A stretch of DNA of 64,000 nucleotides from Antedon mediterranea (taxonomy: Eukaryota > Animalia > Echinodermata): the NCBI RefSeq assembly GCF_964355755.1, contig NC_092674.1:13330001-13394000 (forward strand), given 5' to 3'. Below are positions 53,301 to 63,440 of the stretch, one piece after another (position 1 is the first letter of the stretch; every line of letters starts with the position of its first letter). A program made the position numbers and the translations under genes. A model generated the notes under the pieces. That model saw nothing but the letters and a program-made list of their open reading frames with translations. It was not told the origin of the DNA and searched no databases.

Positions 53301-53786
53301 AATAATATAATGCAAAAAACCTCATTAAATTTATACTCAAAATTGAAACCTTTCCCTAATTTAGAAAAATATTTACTTGATAAAACACATTTTTATGAGA
53401 CAAGTCTGAAATTTAAATTAAGATCTAACACTCTACTTTTAGATTGTAAAACTTATAAATGGTCCAATGATGTGTCCGGTCTTTGTACTTTATGTGGGAA
53501 TGGCGAAATCGAAGACATTAAACATTTTTTATTAAACTGTAAAGCATTTGATAATATTAGAATGAAAGAATTATCCAATCTACAAAATAATCTTGTACTC
53601 TGTAATGATTATGACACATGGAATCGTTACACAACAGCAACTGCTGATGATAAATTACAGTATATTTTAGGTGGAGATTCTATCGCGATTTGTAAAGAAT
53701 CTGAGACCTTTTTTGATTTGTTTTGTAAACAATACACAAGAGCTGCATGGGAGAAACGGTCAGAACTTAAATCTCCCAATATATAG
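50304..53786 (+). CDS. LINE ORF2: APE, RT and C-terminal CCHC knuckle (RTEX-like); frame open from 50304
   Basis: In frame upstream of the listed 50592 start are CNIN, VAETFL and RGGGVG; then GDFNG, GSDHN, FLDFRKAFDSV, GVKQGCVLSP, WADDV and CTLCGNGEIEDIKHFLLNC. Confidence 0.92.
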   Translation, partial: TTTAGVICNINNFGIRQEQSRFTVVIKENNIQVFGVAETFLTNDNNINIDGYNWFGKCRKHKRGGGVGAFVAKNITILDDNVFNCNSDEYERIWVKVCFDSNTPVYISVVYYPVNGVDSEKSDELINQLLSEVIQLENNAENHEPLILIMGDFNGRIGHEIANGDPQVNSNGKRLLQFKDDSNMFILNCSPLCEGVVTWCKGNQKSTIDYILCSQNMLNNVVKFIVDEDRKLGTGSDHNSLLLELDTTLITPVNHHSYANHVWNTAGIQDFIKYQENIENNFSNWNADGFNNVDNLWESWKSIVVSSAKDGIGIKKLSKKRKHWFDNEVQKAIAERREAARAHRRSVKLDPNCAHTDNLWQYYQEKRIHAKKVISKKITETRVNKSVEIANKGGPSCRDFWNILKGFNDKHSKSGINCVKIPESDETTCDKGKILYFVKEYWENLGKANNDYDCFTYLTKRAVDEMRSNTLGNDNDDENLLCDINIDLDIIIEALAIAKNNKAPGVDGITNELLKNGGDALAASLVCLFNNIIKLETIPSEWNMSIVVPIFKKGDRKDLNNYRGISLTSCVSKIFNRVISMYISCFVEKENVLSEVQGGFRAYHRCEDHIFTLKSILSCRSIEGKTTHLAFLDFRKAFDSVWRDGLLKCAWDTGVRGKIWKIISSLYDNVKAKVKVGESMTNEFNIHKGVKQGCVLSPILFSIFINEFVKLLRESNFGVRMNGVWMGGLFWADDVILIANNEREMTEMLEIANIFAKEWKLGFNHEKSNVMVVGKCINKDKEWKLGEKSIKEVNSYKYLGVYISSNMSEHSHYEHVIQKGNRLIAYIKGIIANLDDFNRVYYGNILWKTIAIPSINYACSIWYNKSKKDNEDLEKVQLQMARFLLKAPRYTPKEALYGDLGWVPLSKLHKLSRVKLFNRFITMDDHRWPNIVLNSMLQLKCDFDRLKYKFLSSCVDIFEKCTDIGFYNNVFDNDSLTLVPFSVSNVERCLSESYKSEWSNNIMQKTSLNLYSKLKPFPNLEKYLLDKTHFYETSLKFKLRSNTLLLDCKTYKWSNDVSGLCTLCGNGEIEDIKHFLLNCKAFDNIRMKELSNLQNNLVLCNDYDTWNRYTTATADDKLQYILGGDSIAICKESETFFDLFCKQYTRAAWEKRSELKSPNI

Positions 53787-54164
53787 ATTGTTTTTCTTTT
53801 GTATTGTTGCTTTTATATATTTGTATTTAGATTTGTAAATATTATACACCTGTGATAACAACTATAGGTCCTCAGTACCTGATGTTGAAACACAATGGTT
53901 TGTAATGTAAACTCTTTACTATATTTTATGTTTATTTTGATATACCTCTTTATCAACTCAAACCATGATACCGTAGGACAATTTAATACAGTACCTATAT
54001 TACCATGTTGGTAATGATTTTTCTTTTATATTTTTGCAAACAGTTTAAGAACCTGTATCCGTCATATAATGTATTGTTTTGATGTATTATGTTAAATTGG
54101 ATGCACCACTTCTGTGTGTGCCACCGATGCAAAGGTGTCATTTCCTAATAAATTATTAATTATT
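50304..54164 (+). mobile_element. Near full-length-ORF2 RTEX-like LINE
   Basis: ORF2 plus ~370 bp 3' UTR ending AATAAATTATTAATTATT; clade assignment from motif style only. Confidence 0.85.
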
Positions 54165-54220
54165 TGTAGCTGAATCCGCAAAGCGGAAAATACAAGCAAT
54201 ATTAATTGATAGTTGATGTT

Positions 54221-54340
54221 TTAATTAGCGGCATGTGCGCCCGCTTCGCGCAGGAGGGTCATGCGAGAATGTGTTAAGTTCTCGGTTATAGAGTAAGAAG
54301 AATTTTTAAGCAATTTCTTGTTGCGAAACACTTCTGCTCG
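54221..54340 (-). mobile_element. LINE ORF1 C-terminal fragment
   Basis: RAEVFRNKKLLKNSSYSITENLTHSRMTLLREA matches the I.ENLT..R..L motif of CR1/L2-group ORF1 proteins. Confidence 0.6.
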
Positions 54341-54789
54341 ATGGGTCCCATATATATTAGATATGGGCTGGCCCATATGTATTAGCCCAGAAGTTTGGCA
54401 GATGGGTCCCATATCGATTATATAATATGGGCTTGCCCATATGCATTACCCCATATTTTTGGTAGATGGGTCCCATATATATTAGATATGGGCTGGCCCA
54501 TATGTATTAGCCCAGACGTTTGGCTGATGGGTCCCATATAGATTATATATGGGCTTGCCCATATGTATTACCCTAGATGTTTGACAGATGGGTCGCATAT
54601 AGAATATATATGGGCTTGCCCATATATATCAGCCCAGATTTGTGGCAAATGGGTGCCACATTGGTTTATCATGGGGCAAACCCATATGGGATATCCCATA
54701 TGGGGTCTTTATTTTTTAAATATGGGATTTCCCATATGGGATGGCCCAGATATTTAAGTCATGGGCCCCATATGGGCTTGCTACCTGGG
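54340..54789. mobile_element. One end of a non-autonomous DNA transposon with CCCATATGGG-type palindromic subterminal repeats (CMC/EnSpm-like)
   Basis: ~62-bp tandem units containing ATGGGTCCCAT and ATGGGC..GCCCAT; terminates GCTACCTGGG|TA. Confidence 0.55.
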
Positions 54790-54884
54790 TACTTGACAAA
54801 TGCTATGCTTCAGACCTTTTGTACTCGCAATGCTAAACAAATGTTCATGGGCTCCCGGACTAACTGTTTCGCGCTTCCAAACGT

Positions 54885-55262
54885 TGTTTAAACTAAATAG
54901 TGTATTAATTATACCAAATAGGATGGTATTTATTGAAATAAACGCCCAACAGCTCCCCAATAAAACATCACTTAGAATAATAATCGCCCATCCACATTAC
55001 ACAGTGTATTGTATTTATACACAATTACATTGTAGTAGAATTCATTGACTACAATTTACCAAGCATTTTTTTTAACCACTTTTCATATCTATTAGAGGAT
55101 TTTATTTGATTATAACTATTACCATATTAAAACTAAAACATTAAACGTATCCCTCGAATAAGCACCTACCTCAATGAAATCCGCCCCACCTCTTCCCCAA
55201 AAGGCCAACCTCCCCCCCCCCCCTCCTTCCTAGAGGGGGAGGGAAGCGAGCTCACCCTCTAG
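54885..55262 (+). mobile_element. 3' part of a diverged Helitron of the same family (copy 4)
   Basis: Homologous to 22275-22821 and ends GCGAGCTCACCCTCTAG|T. Confidence 0.8.
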
Positions 55263-56182
55263 TGTTAACATTTGTTGTTATTTTTATTAAATGTGTACAT
55301 GCTTTTAAAAAATGTACACTTATTTAGAATAAAAACGTAATGATCTGTAGTTTCAAGACTTTTTGTTAATGCCACCAACTCTCTTTTTTTGTGTGTTTGT
55401 CGCCCTCTACTTGGAAAAGGTTGTCAATGGAAAATTAATATGGCTGCGCCCATGCAAGCATGTTGAGATGTTGGCTAAACTAGTTATTTGCAGTATAAAA
55501 CAATCACATAGACGCTATTAAACATTAATGAATATGCAATGTAGTTGTCCATATCAGAGACATTCAACTGTACGGTAAATATCTGTACCCCTTTGATTGA
55601 GTTTACAATGTTACCGTTTTATTTGCTATGTTTGTGTTTATAAATTATCATGCCCTCTAGCTAGCTATCCTAGCTAGGCCTAGCCTAGTTCTGGTCTAGC
55701 CTAGGCCTAGCCCCTTTATCTTATGTATGTTTGATTACTATTGCAGTTAATCATTGAAGATCATATCAGGTCAACGCATTTTAAATTAACAGTAACCAAG
55801 TTGTCTCTGTGTTTGTATTGCGGCCTACATCATTATTATTGTATTGTCAATGAATGAGGATCATTCACAATTAAGAAAGTGTACAACCAGTTGATTTGTA
55901 TGCATGTTATCAGTTTTTGTTTTTGTAATCAAATGTGTACATTCTTATAAATGTACACTTATTTATAATAAAAACAACATAACAATCTTGAATTTCAAAC
56001 AAGATTGAATTCATGCTTGTTGAGAAACAAATTATGGAATCTTTATAGAGGGCGGTATATACTATAAATTACTCATCAATCATATTAATTTAAACTGTTG
56101 AAATACACTGGCATACTCATTTTTTATTTGCTTGAATTTGTAGTTACTTACATTTTTCAACCATTGTCTGTTTCTTTTTTAG

Positions 56183-56279
56183 ACGTGACAATCCATGTTT
56201 TCTAGAGAGAGATTTTTGTGAACAACCTTATGGTTTTAGAAATGTCATTCCACTGGTTGATGATATTAATTTATTTGAG
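56183..56279 (+). CDS. ITGB: Integrin beta exon, specificity-determining loop (RDNPCFLERDFCEQPYGFRNVIPLVDDINLFE)
   Basis: AG/GT bounded, phase 2-0; NPC..C..P.G..NV pattern. Confidence 0.85.
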
Positions 56280-56706
56280 GTAAAATATACTCTGTTGAGT
56301 TCCTAGACTTTGTTTCTAATGGCATGATGGCTATATTAAATGCTACTCTGACATGGCTCAGGATTTAATGCTCTAAGCTAAGCACGCATTAAACACATCA
56401 CTTGCTCACACAAAACAACCCATTCATCGAATTGAAGACTTTTACTAATACCAAATTTACTATTTTATATCATGTGACATTAGTAATTTTGTTGCATTCA
56501 GTGATAACAGTGACATTCAATGGTCCCATTCAACGGGCAAGTGAAAATGGTGAGCATTGTTGTCATGTAATAAGCCCAAAAATGTGAAAACCAACCAATA
56601 TAGGCTTGGCTAAAATCTGGGCCTTGCTTTTTGCATGGACTTTAAATACCAAATTGTCTTGCCCATTTTATGTTTTTTTATAATTGCACATACTTTTTTT
56701 TTTTAG

Positions 56707-56793
56707 AGAACACTTAAAGATCAAACCTTTTCAATGAGTCTTGATAGACCCGAGGGTGGACTTGATGCCCTGATGCAAGCTACTGTCTGCAGG
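56707..56793 (+). CDS. ITGB: Integrin beta exon (RTLKDQTFSMSLDRPEGGLDALMQATVCR)
   Basis: LD.PEGG.DA.MQ..VC motif; 87 bp, phase 0-0. Confidence 0.92.
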
Positions 56794-57291
56794 GTATCTA
56801 ATTTTACCTATTTACTTGTTTAATGACTCACATTTGTGATGTGGTAGTTTGTATGCTAAATTAACCTAAATAATATTGTTGGATCAAAAGTAGTTTATTA
56901 TTTTATGTTTATATTGATTTATCTATCTATCAATCAAAGGATGTGTCAATACTATTAATTTAATTTTAATGTATTAACAATTTATAATTTATTTCTCTAT
57001 ACAATAGTGGGCCTACTGTGATCGTACTGTTTACAATGTTTTGTTTGATTTGTGTTTAATTTAACTGTTTCTTTTGACTAAGTTTTATAAGTTAAAAAAC
57101 ATTTTTTTTTCTAGAGAAGTGATTAACTTTATTAGAACTACAAAATTGCCTATTTAAAGTCTGTTTTTATTAAGACTTAAGTTCAATTTTCATGGTTTTT
57201 TTTTTCATCTTTAACATGAATTCAAAATGAATTCAAAAATTGAATGTCACTGTTATCACTGAATGATCATTTGATGTAATTGATTTTTCAG

Positions 57292-57375
57292 GAGCATATT
57301 GGTTGGCGTAATTATTCAAGACCTTTTATTATTTATATGAGTGATGCAGGATTTCACTTCGCACTTGATGGCAAG
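57292..57375 (+). CDS. ITGB: Integrin beta exon (EHIGWRNYSRPFIIYMSDAGFHFALDGK)
   Basis: IGWRN and DAGFHFA.DGK motifs; 84 bp. Confidence 0.92.
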
Positions 57376-57392
57376 GTTTGTAGAAAAAAAAC

Positions 57393-57693
57393 CTCATTTG
57401 AGGGGTAGCCAGCTCATTTGAGGGGTAACTGGCTCATTTGAGGGGTAACTGGCTCATTTGAGGGGTAGCTGGCTCATTTGGGGGGTAGCTGTATCATTTG
57501 AGTGGTAGCTCGCTCATTTGAGGGGTAACTGTATCATTTAAGGGGTAGCTGGCTCACTTGAGAGGTAACTGTATCATTTGAGGGGTAGCTGGCTCATTTG
57601 AGGGGTAGCTGTATCATTTAAGGGGTAGCTGGCTCATTTGATGTTTGCTGGATTATTTGAGGGGTAGCTGACGCATTTGAAGGGTAGCTGGCT
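57393..57693 (+). repeat. Intronic minisatellite, ~15 copies of 20 bp (CTCATTTGAGGGGTAGCTGG)
   Basis: Direct tandem copies starting 17 bp after the donor site. Confidence 0.93.
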
Positions 57694-58015
57694 AAAATAT
57701 TTAGTCATAATTTAATTATTGTAAATAATTAATATTATTATATAAACTATTTACAGATAAAAAAAATTCTAAATTAAGACCAAAGATGTGGATAATTTCC
57801 ATGTGGGTGAGTGGAGATGTATCTGCTGTGTGTAACAATTTTTCCTACTTTTGTATTTTGTACCATTTATGAATTAATTTTCAAACTTATTATACCACAT
57901 TGATTTAAAAGAAATGAGGGAAACATTTTTGTTTTCTTATATACCACATTTTGAGTGAGTTCATAAGTTGAAGAAAAAAAAAATTGCAACCAAATGTTTT
58001 TAATTTTTCTTTTAG

Positions 58016-58093
58016 GTTGGCGGGCTGACCTTACCAAACGATGGTGAATGTCATTTAGATGATCAAGGATATTATACTCATTCTGTAAAAAAT
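58016..58093 (+). CDS. ITGB: Integrin beta exon (VGGLTLPNDGECHLDDQGYYTHSVKN)
   Basis: GG...PNDG.CHL motif; 78 bp. Confidence 0.92.
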
Positions 58094-58235
58094 GTAACTA
58101 ATTTTCTGATTTACTTTTCTGATTTAATTTATCATTGTTGTGTTACTTATGTAAATACGGACAATAGTCCAAATATGAGATTGAATTGAAATCATATAAA
58201 AAACTCAATTAATTAAATTTACAATAATAATAATA

Positions 58236-58401
58236 CAGTCAACTCTACCAACTGAACTCTCTGAAAACTGGAAACTTTCCCAAAACCAGACGTTTCTTGA
58301 ATTAAAAATTAATTTTTACCATTAAAAACAAATTCTGAATACCAGAATTGCCAGACATTTTAGCCCAGCCCAAAGATTTCTGATATTGGGAGAGTTGACT
58401 G
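58236..58401. mobile_element. Tc1/mariner-pogo-type MITE
   Basis: TA|CAGTCAACTCT...AGAGTTGACTG|TA. Confidence 0.8.
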
Positions 58402-58429
58402 TATGACAAAATGGCGCATGCACTATCTG

Positions 58430-61075
58430 AACCCACGCGTTCAGTCGATGTCAAATAAAATGGACGAACTTAGAGCGAACGCGAAATACTTTCGTGAATT
58501 CCGTGATGCCAGTATAATGTCATTCACTGAAACATGGTTGCAGGATAGGCATGATGATTCTCATATCGAAATTAATGGTTTTAAAATACTTAGGGGAGAC
58601 AGAACATGTGAATCAGGAAAGAAAAGGGGTGGTGGTATCTGTATTTACGTCAACGAAAGATATTGTCACCAAAATAACGCAGTCGTGAAGAAGCACAGAT
58701 GCTCACCAAATTGTGAAATTCTTGTTGTAAGCGTACGCCCCTATTATATACCCAGGGAATTTTCACACGTTGTCATTGTTACTGTATATATTCCCAAAAC
58801 AAATCTGGTCAAGTATATTAGACCTTTGCTACACAAACGTGAAAAACGCATATGTTTCAACCCAGTGGCCGTGCTTGGGAGATCATTTTTTAATCGTACT
58901 AAACCCGAAATACATTCCATTAGTTAAACGAGAGAAGCCAAGGACTATTAAAGTAAAGAAATGGACAGCGGAAGCAACGGAACGCCTACAAGATGCATTT
59001 GATGATACGGACTGGGAGATGTTTATTAATAACGCTAATGATCTGAATGAACTTACGGACACAGTGTCTGAATATATAAACTTTTGTAGTGATATGCAGT
59101 GCTTATCCCAACTAAAAAGGTTAAAGTGTTTGCGAATAATAAACTGTGGATAACCAAAGATGTGAAAATTATTATTAACTGGAAACAGAAAGCATTTGCT
59201 GAAGGTAATAAAGCGAAATTAAAAGAGGTCCAAAAAGAATTAAAATGTGCAATACGTAAAGAAAAATACAAGTTTAAAAATAGGGTTGAAAAGAAGTTCA
59301 CGGAAAATAACATGAAAGAGGTGTGGCAAGGAATGAGGTTAATGGGTGGACATATAAATAATAAACAAAAATCTGTATCGCTACCAAAAATTGACAAAGA
59401 ATATGCAAATGAATTAAATATTTTTTTCAATCGTTTTAACAAATATGATTTTTTAAAAGAAATTAAGGAACGGAAGTGTCAGCTTGAATCAAATATAAAT
59501 GACATAAAAATTGATACAAATGAGGGTGAAGTATATAAGTATTTTAGAAATTTGAATGCTAAGAAAGCTCCCGGGCCCGATAAACTGAAACCAAATATTT
59601 TAAAATCATGTGCAATGCAGTTATCGTATATTTTCTCAATTATTTTTAATTTGTGTTTCACAACTAGTTCACTTCCAGAAACATGGAAACAATCATCTAT
59701 TGTTCCTATTCCAAAAAGCCGTGTTATTAAAGTATATGAATGATCTCAGGCCAGTTGCCTTAACGTCAGTTGTAGGTAAAATATGTGAGAAAATTGTTTT
59801 AAAATGCTTAAAACCAATAGTCACTACGCATACTGATCCCATGCAATTTGCATACAGAAGTGCTCGGAGCACAGAAGATGCGATTGTCGTTAAACTTGAA
59901 AGGCTGTATCGTCATTTAGATAAAACAAAGGTTGGAAATTCAGCCCGTGTTATGTATTACGACTTCTCCTCTGCGTTTAACACTATTCAACCCCATTTAC
60001 TAGTAGATAAGCTGTGTGAGATGGCCATTCCCTTTAATTTGATTCTTTTTATTCTGAATTTTCTAACAAACAGAAAGCAGTATGTGAAGCTTAGCCCAAC
60101 AGTATGTTCTGATGTTATTTTTTCCAATACAGGTGCGCCACAAGGCACTGTATTAGCCCCTTTTTTGTTTACCTTGTATACAAGTGATTATAGATCTAAA
60201 TATGATTCTTGCCCAGTTGTACGATTTGCTGACGATACGGCGATGATTGGCTTGATTCAGAAGGACGATTGCACTTCATATTTAAATGAGATTAATAATT
60301 TTGTAAAATATAGTAATGATAACTTTTTAGAATTGAATGTTGAAAAAAAAAATGATTATAGATTTTAGAAAGAAAACGAATAAATGTGATCTAGTTGACA
60401 TAATGGGTAGACAAGTTCAGAGGGTGGAAACATATAAATATCTGGGGGTTGTATTTAACAATAAATTGACGTGGAGTAACCACTTGGATCTCGTTATGAA
60501 GAAAGTAAATACTAGAATGCACTGTTTAAGACAACTAAACAAGTTCAGTGTAAATAATAATATTTTGATTACATTCTATCAGTCTATTATTGTTGGGGTT
60601 TGGAAATATTGTATTGCAGGGTGGGGTGGAAATGTTACAGAGGGAGATAAGGGTAGAATTTATCGTGTGGTAAGAAGGGTTGAGAGGATGTCTGATTTTT
60701 GTCAGCAGTCGGTGGATTCAGTTTATTGCGAGAACCTGGACAGGCTTTTTGGGATGGTGTTGAGGGATGAAAGTCATCCTGTGAATTCAGATTTAGGCAG
60801 TCTCAGGAGTGCTCGCAGTGGAAGATTGCGATCCGCGGCTGCTGACACAAACCGATATCTTTTCTCCTTTCTGCCCACAGGTATCGGGAGACATCAGCGA
60901 CATTCATCCAGATGAGCACCATGAAATAATATGTAATAATATGTTGTTGTTGTGAGTTTTTAATATTGGTATTGTTGTATTGTCATGTTATTTTATATAT
61001 TGTAATTATGATGTATTTGAAGACGAGCAATGTAATTTTCTCCTTGTGGGAACGAATAAAGATTATACTTGATAC
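58430..61075 (+). mobile_element. Rex1/Babar-clade LINE in an integrin intron, frameshifted and internally deleted
   Basis: QSMSNKMDEL, FTETWL, GGGICIYVN, RPYYIPREF, DFSSAFNTIQP, GAPQGTVLAPFLFTLYTSD, FADDT motifs spread over five ORFs. Confidence 0.9.
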
Positions 61076-61139
61076 TTCTCAAACGCATGTCGATTTTTTG
61101 TTATGCATTTTATTTTATTTTATTTTATTCAATTTTCAG

Positions 61140-61393
61140 GCACAACAATACATGACAACACAGTGGTGCAGCACCCTGAGGATTGCCCACAGGTATCGAG
61201 ATGGCTCTCCATATACTGCACTAGAACATATAAGACAAACATATACACAAGATGCTCTACAAAGACAAAGACTTATTATTAAGGGAGTGGAGTTGTAAAT
61301 TGTCATGAGAAAAAAATCCTGACATATGACAGGACTTAAACCCAGGACCCTTAGATTGGTAGCCAAGCATCATAACCACCAAGCCACAGCTCC
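61140..61393 (-). mobile_element. Old tRNA-derived SINE
   Basis: Minus-strand head GGAGCTGTGGCTTGGTGG...CCTGGGTTTAAGTCC with A and B box remnants. Confidence 0.6.
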
Positions 61394-61481
61394 ACTCCCT
61401 CTCTCCTATTATGCTAAAAAAATGGATCAATACAAAGTATGATTGATATACATATTTTACATTTACTTTGTTTATTTTCAG

Positions 61482-61594
61482 GATTTTCCATCTTTAGGAC
61501 AGCTTCATGAGAAATTATTAGGAAGAAATGTACTGTAATTCCAATTTTTGCAGTAGCAAAATCAAAACAGCGTGATGATCCAGCTCTTTATCAG
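61482..61594 (+). CDS. ITGB: Integrin beta exon with a 5-bp insertion (DFPSLGQLHEKLLGRNV//IPIFAVAKSKQRDDPALYQ)
   Basis: 113 bp = 36 codons + 5; D.PS..QL and IPIFAV motifs lie in different frames. Confidence 0.88.
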
Positions 61595-61799
61595 GTATTG
61601 AATATGTTGAATCATGATAGAATACATTCTAGTATCTTGTGTTAATTCATTAGAATACTCCACATGCTAGTCCTATTAGTGCATGGGTTTAGTATCTGCT
61701 ACTTGATCAACTTATATATATATGGTTATCTGAAAAATAATGGTTGGATATGCCATTTTAATGTCATGTAATAGTTATTCCATTCCAAAAATTTGGTCG

Positions 61800-61945
61800 G
61801 AAAAAATGGTTTACCTACCTGCCACTGCAGCATCTACCCAGATCAGCATGCTGGGAGATGACCCCTGCTCTTTTTTTAATAATAAGTTCTTTAACATGCA
61901 CTGTACAAGGGGCCAGCGGCTTTATGTCCCATCCGGAGTATGAGG
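61800..61945 (-). mobile_element. SINE 3' fragment with Deu/Nin-domain-like core
   Basis: Minus strand CCGGATGGGACATAAAGCCGCTGGCCCC...GCATGTTAAAGAAC resembles the Deu/Nin domain as recalled; not aligned. Confidence 0.5.
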
Positions 61946-61972
61946 TATATTTTAATTTCTTCATTTCATCAG

Positions 61973-62065
61973 GAAGTTGTAAATGAGTTTTTCCCAGGTG
62001 GATCTGTGGGAACACTAGCTAGTGATTCAAGAAACATTATTGAACTTGTTCGTAGTAGTTATGAT
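61973..62065 (+). CDS. ITGB: Integrin beta exon (EVVNEFFPGGSVGTLASDSRNIIELVRSSYD)
   Basis: VGTL..DS.NI..L...Y motif; 93 bp. Confidence 0.92.
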
Positions 62066-62199
62066 GTAAGTTTGGAGTTTTCCTTAGCACCTTTATTTTT
62101 ATTTGAGATTTTTTCCCAGTAGTTTTTTTTTCACCAATTATTATGTCATTAAAACAAAACCAGCTAAGCAAACATTTATGCTGTTTGTGAAACAATTTT

Positions 62200-62550
62200 T
62201 GGATTTATAGGCCTTTATCGAGTGTAAATAAAATTAGGCCTACATGCCATTAGAACTTCTTGAAAAATTGCTTTTTCTACAGACTTCGATGAATAAAGTA
62301 CTGACGATTTTTAATGATATTGCAATATATTTTTGTTTTGTTTTTATAGTATTTATATGCATTTTTAATGTTTATACAAATTATATGTTATATGTATGTT
62401 ATATGTAAATGTTTTTTATACAATCAGTGCAATAGGAGACCTACTAGATAGTGATTAAGGTCGCTTTTTAGGAATCCTGTCTCTGCCTAGTTTTGTGTGA
62501 TGTTTTTCTATATTGTATTTTTATGGAGTCAAAAATAAATGAAATGAAAT
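62200..62550 (+). mobile_element. LINE 3' end fragment with (GAAAT)n tail
   Basis: 3' hairpin AGGAGAC..GTCTCTGCCT then AATAAATGAAATGAAAT; left boundary uncertain. Confidence 0.45.
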
Positions 62551-62786
62551 AAAGTTTGATGTAAATTTAATTTAAATTAAACATTTAACTACATAAAAAG
62601 ACTTAACCTCAATTAAAGTAACATTTTTATTGTTCAAAATTACTTTAATTTTGTAAAAAACATCTTTCACACAGATGTGGAGTTATACACCATATGCAGC
62701 GAAAGGATTAATGCACACATTTTGTTTATTGCACATGTTTTATTAGTTATTAGTATCATAATTAATTAAAAAAATTATTTTTATAG

Positions 62787-62971
62787 AAAATTACATCTGA
62801 GATTCAACTTGTAGACACGGTGACAGCTCCTATTCATGTAACCTACTCAGCCTATTGCGATGGCGAGACATTGACGCCTAATTTGCAGAACTGTAGTAAC
62901 ATTCGCTTAGGAAATGTCATTAAATTTAAACTAGATGTTAGCGTTGATGAGTGTACAGCAAATCCTATTTC
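62787..62971 (+). CDS. ITGB: Integrin beta exon, hybrid domain (KITSEIQL...CSNIRLGNVIKFKLDVSVDECTANPI)
   Basis: 185 bp, phase 0-2, conserved cysteine spacing. Confidence 0.9.
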
Positions 62972-63440
62972 GTAAGACATGATTACATTGTTTATTACCA
63001 ATCACAAGTTAGGCATTAACCTTGGTGTATGCATTGGCACGCTTAAAATAACTGTTTCTGCTGCCCAAGCCTGACCGACCCAAAATTTGGTCAGCTTCTT
63101 TTTTTATTTGTTTACTTGTAGGAGCATTTAATGAAAGCACAATTAAAATTAAAGGCAATATTATTTTCCGAAACATTTTTTTTCTTTATCAACATTTAGG
63201 CTTTCTTGGACAAACATATTTGTTTTTATAATTGCATGCAGACATTTCTCTAGTGTCCTCTATTTCTATTGTAAAGTTTTGCCAACTTTATTAAATCTAA
63301 ATTTTATATTATTTATTCATAAAACACAAAATAGATTAAAAAAAATTGTCTTACATTTCCCTTTTAAATGCAGTGACATAATCAATAATGATGATTTTAA
63401 TGGTGGCAATAAAGCATGATGATGACATAGTAATAATATA

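Noticed and set aside
57393-57693. Telomere-like or CRISPR array
   Set aside because: Contiguous 20-bp minisatellite without spacers and not TTAGGG
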